64,000 nt of DNA from Opitutales bacterium (lineage in GTDB: Bacteria; Verrucomicrobiota; Verrucomicrobiia; Opitutales; UBA2987), in assembly GCA_965226885.1 (NCBI GenBank), contig CBDDEL010000010.1, forward strand, positions 320,001-384,000, in the 5' to 3' direction. Within the stretch, counting starts at the first letter, position 1; each line of letters begins with the position of its first letter. Shown piece after piece: positions 33,884-43,858 of this stretch. The position numbers and the translations under genes are program-made. Below the pieces are notes generated by a model. The model was not told the origin of the DNA, searched no databases, and worked only from the letters and a program-made list of their open reading frames with translations.

Positions 33884-34651
33884 TTATTGTTTTGTGCCAC
33901 GGCGACGGCGTCGAGCATCGCGCAAGCGGTAGCTTTGCCCGTTGGCTTCGAGGATATGCACCCGATGGGTGAGTCGGTCCAGCAGAGCTCCGGTGAGCCG
34001 TTCGGAACCGAGCACTTCGATCCAGTTCTCAAAGGGCAGGTTGGTGGTGACGATGAGACTGGTGCGCTCGTAAGCGCGGCTGACCACGTCGAAGAGCAGT
34101 TCGGAACCGGTCTTGGAAAAAGGGACGTAACCGAGTTCGTCGAGGATGAGTAGGTCGAGCCTTTCGAGTTGCTTCATGAAGCGCTGCAGGTCGTGGTTGT
34201 CGCGTTGCTCGAGCATATGGGTAACCAGGGCGGTGACCCCGAAGAAACGGATCCGCCGGCCCTGGGCACAGGCGGCAAAGCCCAGGGCGGTGGCCAGGTG
34301 CGTTTTACCGGTACCGGCGTTACCGAGGAGCAGCACGTTTTCGCGCTGGTCGACATACTCCCCGCGCATGAGCTCTCGGATGAGCGCTTCGTTGATCGAG
34401 GGCTGCGCTTCAAAGGCGAAGCTCTCGAGGGTCTTGAGCACGGGGAAACGGGCGTTTTTGATCCGCCGCTGGGCGGCCCGCTGTTCGCGTTCAATGAGCT
34501 CCCGTTCGACCAGATGCAACAAAAAGGCGGCGTAATCGAGCCGGTCCCGGGAACAAGCCGCGGCCACCGCCGGCCATTCGCGCAGGATGGTGGGCAACTT
34601 CAGTTTCTTGAGGTGATGGTGTAACAGCAGCTGGTTTTTTTCTTCCTTCAT
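33884..34651 (-). CDS. istB: IS21 helper ATPase IstB
   Basis: GNAGTGKTHLA, LLILDELGY, TTNLPF, ALLDRLTH. Confidence 0.95.
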   Translation of the reverse strand: MKEEKNQLLLHHHLKKLKLPTILREWPAVAAACSRDRLDYAAFLLHLVERELIEREQRAAQRRIKNARFPVLKTLESFAFEAQPSINEALIRELMRGEYVDQRENVLLLGNAGTGKTHLATALGFAACAQGRRIRFFGVTALVTHMLEQRDNHDLQRFMKQLERLDLLILDELGYVPFSKTGSELLFDVVSRAYERTSLIVTTNLPFENWIEVLGSERLTGALLDRLTHRVHILEANGQSYRLRDARRRRRGTKQ

Positions 34652-36155
34652 AAAGCCCCTCCTGGAATCTTGAGCAGTTCGCTGTAGGCACCGAGGTCAG
34701 GGGCGGCCACACGGACGTGACGCAGGTGTGGATGGCCGTCCCCAGCCGGAAGGTTCTGCTCCCGTAGTCTTCCTGAGGATAGAGATACTGGGCGATGGCC
34801 TCACGAGTCAGTCCCCCCACCCGCAGGGCCGAGACGACGGCCTGCTGCAAGGCCGCCATGGGGTGTTTCTCCAACAGCCGCAGCACCCGGATATACTCCC
34901 GGGTGCCTTCGCCCCCGCATTGGCTTTCGAGCCGGCGTCTGAGGACCTGCAGGCACTGCGGCAACTGCCAGCCCGAGAGTGGGCGGGCGAAGTCCAAAGC
35001 GCCCGGTTTTTTCTCCAGCAAAGCCAGGTAGTGCACCGGCTCGAAAGAGACTTGCTCTTTATCCCAAATGCGGCGGTGCCGGGCCACCTCTTGGCCCCCA
35101 CAGAAGATCACCACCTGCCGACAGGACCCTTCCACCACCACCGGATGGTGGGCGCAGCGCACCGGCACCGAATAGTCGTTGCACTCGAAGCGCACCAGCG
35201 AGAGGCTGCTGACGCAGGTCGAGCGTTTGCGGCTCGCTTCAAAGGGTATGGGCGGCAACGCCAGCATGACGGCGCGCTCCTCGGCCAGCAGTTCCTTTTT
35301 CACCGCCCTTTTCCCGCGTAATTTACGCTCCATGTCCCGCTCACATGCCTCCAACAGCTTTGCGTTGAGTTCCTCCAGGTCCCGAACCTGCGGTACCGGT
35401 ACCAGGAAGTTGGCCCGGGCATAACGCACGATCCCCTCGACCACGCCCTTCTCGTTGGGCCGGGCGGGCAGACAGAAGTGTTCCTCGAACAGGTAATGGC
35501 TCTGTAGCTGCAGAGACCCGTCGGTCAGCTTGCGTTCACGCGAACCGATAATCTTACCCACCGCCACCTTCGAGTTGTCATAGCTGATGCGCCGGGGCAC
35601 CGCCCCGAAAAACTCAAAAGCTCGCAGGTGCCCCTCCCAGAAGCTCTCCGTGCACTCCCGTTCGAACACCTGCACGAAAAAGGCATCGCTGTAGGGCAGG
35701 CTCATGGCAAAAAATGGCCGCCTACGCAATTGCCCCGCCTCCTTCACCAGGGCATGACCGAAGTCCACCTGTCCCTCCCCGGGGCGGTGCTCCAGCGGCA
35801 CGAACACTTCCCGCCGCCTCGCTCGCAGCTCGGCCACCACCTCCTTGACCGCCGTGTAGCCCCCTTGGTAGCCCTTCTCCCGACCCAAACGCTGGTAGAT
35901 CCGTTTGGCCGTATGGCGCTGCTTCTTGGGCACGTTCCGGTCCGCTTTGAGCACCTCCTCGATCCAGCCCACATACGGATCGATCTTGCGCTCTCGCCTC
36001 TTCTTGCGCCGGTATCCCGGCGGCTGGGAATAGGCCAGCATCTTTCCCAGGGTCTCCCAGTGCAGTCCCTCTTCTCGCATTACAGAGCGCTTGCTCTGCT
36101 TGTCCCGCAGCACTTTGTGCCGCACTCTTGTCCATTGCTTCATATCTCGATACAC
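34491..36155 (-). pseudogene. istA: IS21 transposase IstA with C-terminal frameshift
   Basis: QVDFG, YDN, NEKGVVE; 2 extra bases near 34741 relative to the copy at 59882 alter and extend the C-terminus (554 vs 501 aa). Confidence 0.88.
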
Positions 36156-36229
36156 TCCTCCTTTCTAGGATAAGCGTACCGGTTTTAAAGCGCCCTCTTT
36201 ACCGTACCGGTTTTTCCCCGGCGTTTACA

Positions 36230-36616
36230 GATCGATGAGGGGCTTATTTCACGTGGAATAATAAAAATACCAAATTCTTCGTTTGTAGTCAGTAATTTAA
36301 GGTTCCAATGCACTTTCTTGAATTTGGATATATAGATTCCAGCGGCCTTACCTTTCCATTCGGGATGATCTCTCATTTCATAAAAATGAGTTCCCATGCG
36401 AGAGACATGATTTTTCCCCCACTGCCTATTATCTTCTGTAACCCAGATAATAGAAAAATTTACCCCTGCAAGCGGTATTTCAAGTTCGATTACTCTATCC
36501 TCAATACGGATATTATTGTCCAGCAGATAAATCGGTGATTCAGCTATTAATGGGCATAAAAACAGCATTCCGTTTATAATGAGAAACCATACCGAAAGTT
36601 TAAATTTGTTTTGCAT
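36230..36616 (-). pseudogene. Hypothetical secreted/membrane protein truncated by IS21
   Basis: AT-rich ORF with signal-like N-terminus reading into the IS21 end. Confidence 0.55.
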
Positions 36617-36761
36617 TGCTCAGGTGTCTGTAATCACATTGCCTAGCCTAAGGATATGGATTAATATGACTCAACGCATTCTATGAGAACTTAAAAAAAT
36701 ATTTTGCATCGTCACTTACGTGATCTTTCATTTGCATTATCTCATTTTATATGAATTCGGT

Positions 36762-37469
36762 TTATGCTTTCATATTGTATTTAAAAATGGCCCAGAAAGC
36801 TTTAATGCCGTCTTTCCAGGTGATTTTTTTGCCTTCCTGGTAGGTGCGGCCATGGTAGGATATGCCTACTTCGTATATCCGGCAGCCCATTTTGGCGACT
36901 TTGGCGGTTATTTCGGGTTCGAAACCGAATCGGTTTTCTTCGATTTTGATGGATTGCAGAATTTCGCGGCGAAACATTTTCATTCCGGTTTCCATATCGG
37001 TCAGGTTGAGATTTGAAAATATATTCGATACTAACGTGAGCAGCCTGTTGGCGACCATGTGCCAGAAAAATAAAACACGGTGGGCGCTGCCTCCCATAAA
37101 GCGGGAGCCAAAGCGGGAGCCGAAAACAACGTCCGCCTGATCATCGTAAAACGGTTGCAGCAACTTGGGATAATCCTGCGGGCTGTATTCGAGATCAGCA
37201 TCCTGGATGACCACCAAGTCCCCCGTTAGATGCGCAATGCCGGTTCGTATGGCGGCGCCTTTGCCTTGGTTGCTTTCATGAAAAAAGACGCGATACAAAG
37301 TGCTCTGAGATCTTTCCTTTTCCTTCAAAATTTCCCTGGTGCCGTCAGATGAGGCATCATCGACGACAATAATTTCTTGCAGGTTTGCCTGGGCCGCCTC
37401 GACTTTTCCCAGGAGTTCCCGTATCGTTTTTTCTTCGTTGTAACAGGGGATAATAACGGAAAGTTTCAT
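36762..37469 (-). CDS. Glycosyltransferase family 2 (DPM1-like)
   Basis: LSVIIPCYNE, VDDASSDGT, NQGKGAA, QDADLEY; in-frame FGSR duplication. Confidence 0.92.
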   Translation of the reverse strand: MKLSVIIPCYNEEKTIRELLGKVEAAQANLQEIIVVDDASSDGTREILKEKERSQSTLYRVFFHESNQGKGAAIRTGIAHLTGDLVVIQDADLEYSPQDYPKLLQPFYDDQADVVFGSRFGSRFMGGSAHRVLFFWHMVANRLLTLVSNIFSNLNLTDMETGMKMFRREILQSIKIEENRFGFEPEITAKVAKMGCRIYEVGISYHGRTYQEGKKITWKDGIKAFWAIFKYNMKA

Positions 37470-37588
37470 TATCATATGGTTATATAAAGAAAAACCGCCT
37501 AATACATATAATGGCAAGGGTCAAGACTACTTGGATTGCCTTAACCCTGTAAAAGATTGTTTAAATCTATTTTCGCTTATGCCTGCGC

Positions 37589-38761
37589 TTACTCCTTTAG
37601 GCGATTTGATACGAGTTTTTCCAAAAGGGTTTCAATTTCCCATTTGTGAGTCAGTTTATCAATCCACTTTTGCGGAATTCCATTTTCCCCTCCAATACCA
37701 TGAACTACTCCCAAGACAGAACCCAAGAGAATGGCACGGCCGCAGGAATCTCCGCCTGCGTAGATGTTTTCCCGGACCGACTCGGCGAATGAATTCGATG
37801 TGGCAAGGTTGTGGGCCGCACTTGGAACGCCGAATACCAGGTTGCAGCTCATCCCAAATTCCGCCGTCACAGCCGGGTTGTCCTTATCTTTTAAAGAAAG
37901 CGCTTTGTCGATTAATCGTGCGACTTTAGATTCCGCCGTTAGTCGGCTGGCTTCAATGGCGGCATCCGTATTGGGGGAATGAATTGCGGATTCAATCATT
38001 TTCGCAACCGTCTGACCGAATGAAACCGCTAATTCGTTATTGTTGGTTACTCTGACGGCTGATGCAACCACTTCGCGAAGGGATTTCTCTCCTGCATAAA
38101 CAGCCACCAAAGGGGGCAATTTGGAAATAGCGGGCATTTGCTCGTCATCGGCCCCATGGAACCCCCCGACGCTCTCCAATTCAGCGAGAATTTTGAAAGC
38201 ATAAGCGACTATGCGATCATCGTCATGAGTCATCCTAACGGCTGCTTCGATGTATTTACGAAGTTCCTCACCTTTTGAATGTTTTACATTGGAAAGGACC
38301 TTAGTGATCATGCGGTGCTTGGTGTTTACGTCACCATCGAAAGGTATGGCTTCGGCTCGCTTTAGGGCTTGATGTTCGGCGGCGGCAATGTTGTCCAAGG
38401 TATCTCGAATGGGATGGTCGATATAACCCACATAATCGCCGCCATAGCCAAAATGCTCTCGGAACAGGTCTTCATAATGCGTTTTATCGTAACGTCCGTT
38501 ATTGGCGGCCAGCGAACGCAGCAAAACCATGGCCTGTTCTCCATAATGGGAAAAATCTCCCGCTTGTTTCCTGCCATGGGCATAATATCCTGTCACGCCT
38601 TCGTAATTCGCGGGATTGGGAGAGCGGAATTCCGGTGACTCGGGGGCGACTTCGCGGATGCGTTTTTGATCATACAGCCAATGCAATCCCAACGAAGCCG
38701 CATCTGCCACCAGTGCGCCCCAAACTGCGCCTTTCATTCGTTTTTCAATTTCATTTTTCAT
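37589..38761 (-). CDS. ADP-ribosylglycohydrolase family protein
   Basis: GALVADAASLGLHWLYD, AGDFSHYG, NIYAGGDSCGRAILLG, GIPQKW. Confidence 0.85.
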   Translation of the reverse strand: MKNEIEKRMKGAVWGALVADAASLGLHWLYDQKRIREVAPESPEFRSPNPANYEGVTGYYAHGRKQAGDFSHYGEQAMVLLRSLAANNGRYDKTHYEDLFREHFGYGGDYVGYIDHPIRDTLDNIAAAEHQALKRAEAIPFDGDVNTKHRMITKVLSNVKHSKGEELRKYIEAAVRMTHDDDRIVAYAFKILAELESVGGFHGADDEQMPAISKLPPLVAVYAGEKSLREVVASAVRVTNNNELAVSFGQTVAKMIESAIHSPNTDAAIEASRLTAESKVARLIDKALSLKDKDNPAVTAEFGMSCNLVFGVPSAAHNLATSNSFAESVRENIYAGGDSCGRAILLGSVLGVVHGIGGENGIPQKWIDKLTHKWEIETLLEKLVSNRLKE

Positions 38762-38962
38762 GCCAGTAAATTTTACTTTATTATAAATTAAATTATTAAA
38801 ACAATCGCTTGTTTTGATGAATAAGACGCTTGCCAACGGCAATCCTTACAACAAGATCGAGCAAGGAATTTATCAGCAAGAACAACCACTAATTTGGAGG
38901 TTGCAGGAAATAGTTCCGGCCATTTTAAACAACCGGCCGGTTGAGGCGAGGAAGGGAAATTA

Positions 38963-39758
38963 GGTAGTGTTAACATTTTGAATGTTTAAGCTGTACTTTT
39001 TAGCGTGATTATGTTGTGAACTGGGAATGGTCCATATCACAGTAAAATGTCCTCAATGCGGAAGCGATCACATCATCAAGCACGGCAAGGATCCGAAAGG
39101 GGTTCAGAAGTATCGATGCAAGGGGTGTGGTTATCAGTTTCGGCTTCACCCCAAAAGTCGTGAGCATCCTCCGGCGCTGGTCAAGCAGGTGCTCCGTGCG
39201 CACCAAAACCGGATGAGCCTGCGTGCCATTTACCGTACCTTCGGGGTAGCCCCAAAGACGGTCATCGAATGGATTAAAAAAAAGTCCTGAGTTTGCCGAA
39301 GCTGGAGTCCACTCTGCTTGCCCGCCAGTGTAGTGATGTGCTGGAACTGGACGAGGTGTGGTCATTCTGGGGCGATAAGCGTTCGGGGCAGGTATGGCTA
39401 TGGGTAGCCTTGTGTCGACGTACCCGACAGGTCGTCGGGTTTTCTCTGGGTGATCGTAGCGATCAAACGTGCTGGCAGTTGTATCACAACATCGCCCAGC
39501 CCTATCGCGACTGTGCCACCGTAAGCGATTACTGGGAAAGCTACGACAAGGTTTTCCCTCACAACAGCGCCAGCGGGAAACAATCCGGCCAAACCGCCCA
39601 TATCGAACGCTGGAACAATACCTTGCGACAGTCCCTGTCACGCTATGTGCGTAAAACGCTGTCATTCTCGAAGTCTTTGGTCATGCATTTTCGCGTCCTG
39701 TGCTTGTTCATCTGGGAATACAACAGCAATATCAAACATTCGTCATGTTAACACTACC
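38963..39758 (+). mobile_element. IS1-family element
   Basis: IRs GGTAGTGTTAACA; 8-bp TSD GGAAATTA; inserted at the CDGSH gene stop codon without disrupting it. Confidence 0.95.
39027..39751 (+). CDS. IS1 transposase InsA/InsB (programmed -1 frameshift)
   Basis: CPQC...CKGC zinc finger; A-run before the insA stop; ELDEVWSF, SDYWESY, HIERWNNTLR. Confidence 0.9.
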
Positions 39759-39763
39759 GGAAA

Positions 39764-40000
39764 TTAGAGCGAGCTGTGGGAGCCGTCGCAATAGGCGCCG
39801 TTGCCGCTGTGCTTGCAGCCGCAAAAGGCAATCCGGGTAGCTTCTTCTACTTGCACCTTTACCGGGCCTAATCCGGTTCCTGTATGGGAGCCGTCACAAA
39901 AAGGTTGGCCGGAGGATCTCCCGCAGGCGCACCACCAATAGGTTCCCGGTTCCACTTGCTGAACGTAAGGTCTTTTTTGGGCAATTTGCGGCTCCGCCAT
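39764..40000 (-). CDS. CDGSH iron-sulfur domain protein
   Basis: Two CDGSH motifs (WCACGRS..PFCDGSH; FCGCK..YCDGSH). Confidence 0.93.
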   Translation of the reverse strand: MAEPQIAQKRPYVQQVEPGTYWWCACGRSSGQPFCDGSHTGTGLGPVKVQVEEATRIAFCGCKHSGNGAYCDGSHSSL

Positions 40001-40180
40001 ATCTTCTCCTTTTTTTTGGGTTTATTTATAGCCTTGTCCGGAATCGGGCAAAGCGTTCTAGTTTCTGCTTCCGGAATCGGGCAAAGCGTTCTAGTTTCTG
40101 CTTTATGTTTCGAACATCTGGATGTAATGATGCTTATCAATTATCCATCTGCAGGCAAGAAAATTTCCGATTTCTTATCT

Positions 40181-42004
40181 ATGAGAATGACATTTTTAAA
40201 CTGGTTTGCCACCCGATTGATTCTGGTGGTGTTTTTTCTGCCCTCATCCGGTGCGGCTGAAGAATTGCCTGATGAGGCTGCCCGGCTCCATGAATTTTTC
40301 AAGACTTCGTTTGAAAAGCGCCTGGCGCGCGATCCTGAATTTCAAACGCGACTTGGAATTAAAACAGATTACGGTAAATGGACCGATATTTCGGACGCTT
40401 TTGCCACCCAAACGTTGGCCAATGCAGTTTCCGAACTGGCGTTCATGCGCAACGAGTTCGATTTTAAAAAACTGGATTCACAGGCGCGCCTCAGCTATCG
40501 GCTGTTCGAGCACCGGGCCGAACGCGAGATTCGCAATTACCAATGGCGTTTTCATGATTATCCCGTCAATCAAATGCACGGCTTGCAATCGGAAATTCCC
40601 GCTTTCCTCATAAATGCCCACAATATTTCGGATGAAAGCGATGCGGATGCTTACATTTCTCGTTTGAGAGGATTCGACTTGGTATTCGACCAACTTATCG
40701 AAAACCTGGAGATACGCAGAAAAATGGACATTGTCCCTCCCAGGTTTGTTTTCCCGTTGGTCCTGTCGGCCTGCCACAATTTGCTCAAAGGCCGGCCATT
40801 TGAAGAATCGGATAAAGATAGCAGCCTTTGGGAGGATTTTAAGGACAAATTAGAAGCCCTCAAAAATATCGATCCCACCCGTAAGGACGAGCTGCTGCAA
40901 CAGACCCGCGAGGCTTTGCGGGAAGCGGTCGGTCCGGCCTACCAACGTCTCATAGATTATATTATAAAACTGGCCACAGCGGCCACTGATGACGATGGAG
41001 TCTGGAAATTTCCGCAAGGTGAGGAATTTTACAACAATGCTTTGCGAAACACCACCACAACCGAACTGACCGCCGAGGAAATCCACCGAACGGGTTTGGC
41101 CGAGGTCGCCCGCATTCATGAGGAAATGCGCGAGATCATGAAGGCGGTCAAATTCGAGGAGGGGGAGGGGAACTTGCAGGAATTTTTCCATTTTATGCGG
41201 ACGGACCGTCGGTTCTATTACCCAGAAACCGAGGAGGGCAAGCAGGCCTACCTGAGTGGGGCATCAGCGGCCATCGACAGCATGAATGGGCGTCTGGGGG
41301 AAATGTTTTTGACTACACCAAAAGCCGAACTTGTAGTAAGGGCGGTTGAGGCTTTCCGCGAAAAATCAGCTGGCAAGGCCTTTTATCGAAGACCGGCCAT
41401 GGATGGCTCCCGCCCGGGCATCTATTATGCAAATCTACGAACAATGGCCGATATGCCGACCTACCAAATGGATGCCCTCGCTTTCCACGAAGGAGTTCCC
41501 GGACATCATTTGCAAATTGCCATTGCCCAGGAGGCGGAGGACATCCCGGATTTTCGCCGGCACACCCACTACACCGCATTTACTGAAGGCTGGGGGCTCT
41601 ACAGCGAATTACTTCCCCTTGAGTTCGGGTTTTACAAAGATCCCTATTCCAATTTTGGGCGCCTCGCCATGGAGATTTGGAGAGCGGCAAGACTGGTTGT
41701 AGACACCGGTATTCACGCAAAAAAATGGACCCGCCAACAAGCCATCGATTACTTGATCGAGAACACACCCAATCCCGAGGGCGACTGCGTTCATGCCATC
41801 AATCGTTATATCGTTATGCCATCGCAGGCTACCGCCTACAAAATCGGCATGATGAAAATTCTCGAACTGCGCGAATGGTCAAAAGAACAACTGGGCGATC
41901 AATTCAACATACGGGAGTTTCACGAACTGGTCCTCATCGGCGGTCCCATGCCTCTCAACCTGCTCCAAAAGCAAGTGCAAGAATGGGTCGATTCAAAAAA
42001 TTAA
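40181..42004 (+). CDS. DUF885 family protein
   Basis: Signal peptide; HEGVPGHHLQ, EGWGLYSE, RAARLVVDTGIH, PSQATAYKIG. Confidence 0.92.
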   Translation: MRMTFLNWFATRLILVVFFLPSSGAAEELPDEAARLHEFFKTSFEKRLARDPEFQTRLGIKTDYGKWTDISDAFATQTLANAVSELAFMRNEFDFKKLDSQARLSYRLFEHRAEREIRNYQWRFHDYPVNQMHGLQSEIPAFLINAHNISDESDADAYISRLRGFDLVFDQLIENLEIRRKMDIVPPRFVFPLVLSACHNLLKGRPFEESDKDSSLWEDFKDKLEALKNIDPTRKDELLQQTREALREAVGPAYQRLIDYIIKLATAATDDDGVWKFPQGEEFYNNALRNTTTTELTAEEIHRTGLAEVARIHEEMREIMKAVKFEEGEGNLQEFFHFMRTDRRFYYPETEEGKQAYLSGASAAIDSMNGRLGEMFLTTPKAELVVRAVEAFREKSAGKAFYRRPAMDGSRPGIYYANLRTMADMPTYQMDALAFHEGVPGHHLQIAIAQEAEDIPDFRRHTHYTAFTEGWGLYSELLPLEFGFYKDPYSNFGRLAMEIWRAARLVVDTGIHAKKWTRQQAIDYLIENTPNPEGDCVHAINRYIVMPSQATAYKIGMMKILELREWSKEQLGDQFNIREFHELVLIGGPMPLNLLQKQVQEWVDSKN

Positions 42005-42159
42005 AATCAACCTGCGCTCAGCGGCTTATTACACTTGTCAACTGTAGCTCTATTGGATTACCTTTTGTCATCGCTGATATTGCATTATATGTTTAATCTA
42101 TCCTGTTGCATATTAGCTGTTAAATATATCAGCGATCCTTCTTTTACGAATTTTCCAGG
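42005..42159 (-). mobile_element. Decayed IS1380 left-end remnant
   Basis: Diverged match to 11396-11550, followed by CTAG. Confidence 0.8.
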
Positions 42160-42165
42160 CTAGCG

Positions 42166-43803
42166 ATGTTGCGAACCAGCGGAACCTACGAAGAACTCTA
42201 CAGTTCCTTCAAATGGGAAATACCAGAGTTTTACAACATCGGGGTGGACGTATGTGACAAGTGGGCGCGCCAACGAAATCGGCTTGCCCTGATTTATGAG
42301 AACCGTAAGGGAGATGTGGAGCGCTTCACTTTCCGGTACCTCGCCAAGTTGTCAAACCAGCTCGCAAATGGGCTCGTGGCGCACCGCGCGGGAAAAGGTG
42401 ACCGCATAGCTCTGCTCTTGTCCCAGAGTCCGGAAATAGCCGTCGCGCACATAGCGGTCTATAAAATAGGGGCCATAGCGCTCCCCCTTTTTACCCTCTT
42501 CGGGGTGGATGCGCTTCGCTACCGCCTGTCCAACAGCGATGCAAAGGTGATCATCACGGATGGGGCCAATCTTTCCAAGATCCTGGAAATAAGGGAAATC
42601 CTACCTAACCTCGAAGCCGTGATTGTTGTGAACGGTGAAAGACCGGATGGAGTGCTGGATTTTTGGGATATCGTCGAGAAAGGATCGGCAAGGTTTGAAC
42701 CGGTAAACTCTAGAGCAGACGATCCGGCCCTGATCAGTTACACCTCGGGAACCACCGGACCGCCGAAAGGTGCGTTGCATGCCCATCGCACCCTGCTCGG
42801 TCATCTTCCCGGCGTGGAGTTTCCTCACAACTTCTTTCCCAAGCAAGATGATCTATTCTGGACGCCCGCCGATTGGTCATGGATAGGCGGGCTTTTCGAT
42901 GTGCTTTTTCCAAGCTGGCATCATGGCATCCCCGTAGTAGCTCGTAGTATCCGGAAATTTGATCCGGAAGAAGCGTTTCATTTCATTGCAAAATATGGAA
43001 TCAGAAACATATTCATGCCGCCGACGGCGTTGAAGATGATGAGGCAGGTGGAAGATCCCGCCAGCCGTTACGATTTCGATATCAGGACCATCGGGAGCGG
43101 GGGTGAGTCACTCGGTGCGCAGCTTCTGAACTGGGGCCGGGAAACGATGGGCGTAACGATCAATGAGTTCTACGGACAAACGGAAGTCAATCTTGTCGTC
43201 GGTTCCTGTTCAGAGGTAATGGTTCCGCGACCCGGCTCGATGGGCCGGGCGATCCCCGGTCACAAGGTTGAAGTGCTTGACGGTGCCGGTAATTCCGTAG
43301 CGCCGGGCGTGGTGGGAGAAATTGCCGTTCAACGCCCTGATCCTGTAATGTTTTTGGAGTACTGGCGAAACCGTGAGGCGACGGTAGGTAAGTTCATCGG
43401 GGACTGGTGTCTTACCGGCGATTTGGCACGGCGCGATGAGGACGGATACTTCTGGTTCGTGGGCCGCAAAGATGATATAATTACAAGTTCGGGTTACCGT
43501 ATGGGACCTGCCGAGATCGAAGATTGCCTTATGAAACATCCTGCTGTCGGTATGGTTGCGGTAATAGGCCGCCCCGACGAGGTCCGAACCGAAGTGGTCA
43601 AAGCGTTCATCGTTCCGAAATCCAGCGTTAGGCCGGACGGAGCGTTAAAGAAAAAGATAAAGGAGTTCGTGAAACTTCGCTTGGCGGCACACGAATACCC
43701 TCGCGAAATTGAGTTTGTAAACGAGCTTCCCCTTACCGCCACGGGCAAAATCATGAGGCGGGTGCTGAAAGAACGGGAAATAAGGAAAGCGGAGAAGCCG
43801 TAA
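42166..43803 (+). CDS. Acyl-CoA synthetase (AMP-forming)
   Basis: YTSGTTGPPKG, YGQTE, TGD, GRKDD, LAAHEYPR, TATGKI. Confidence 0.92.
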   Translation: MLRTSGTYEELYSSFKWEIPEFYNIGVDVCDKWARQRNRLALIYENRKGDVERFTFRYLAKLSNQLANGLVAHRAGKGDRIALLLSQSPEIAVAHIAVYKIGAIALPLFTLFGVDALRYRLSNSDAKVIITDGANLSKILEIREILPNLEAVIVVNGERPDGVLDFWDIVEKGSARFEPVNSRADDPALISYTSGTTGPPKGALHAHRTLLGHLPGVEFPHNFFPKQDDLFWTPADWSWIGGLFDVLFPSWHHGIPVVARSIRKFDPEEAFHFIAKYGIRNIFMPPTALKMMRQVEDPASRYDFDIRTIGSGGESLGAQLLNWGRETMGVTINEFYGQTEVNLVVGSCSEVMVPRPGSMGRAIPGHKVEVLDGAGNSVAPGVVGEIAVQRPDPVMFLEYWRNREATVGKFIGDWCLTGDLARRDEDGYFWFVGRKDDIITSSGYRMGPAEIEDCLMKHPAVGMVAVIGRPDEVRTEVVKAFIVPKSSVRPDGALKKKIKEFVKLRLAAHEYPREIEFVNELPLTATGKIMRRVLKEREIRKAEKP

Positions 43804-43858
43804 GGTTTGCCTGGAACGACCCCGAAATCGGCAATAACATTTGGCAGGCAGAAACGCC

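Larger units (their letters stand above)
33711..36229 (-). mobile_element. IS21-family element, copy 1
   Basis: Ends TGTAAACGCCGGG; repeated CCGGTACG boxes; no TSD. Confidence 0.93.

Noticed and set aside
40037..40102. 33-bp (and 32-bp at 564) direct repeats as a CRISPR array
   Set aside because: Only two abutting units, no spacers, no cas genes
39884..40180. N-terminal extension of the 706-aa DUF885 ORF
   Set aside because: Overlaps the CDGSH gene on the opposite strand; a signal peptide begins at ATG 40181
41159..41170. GAGGGG x2 in DUF885
   Set aside because: Low complexity and in frame; cannot be distinguished from chance without homologues
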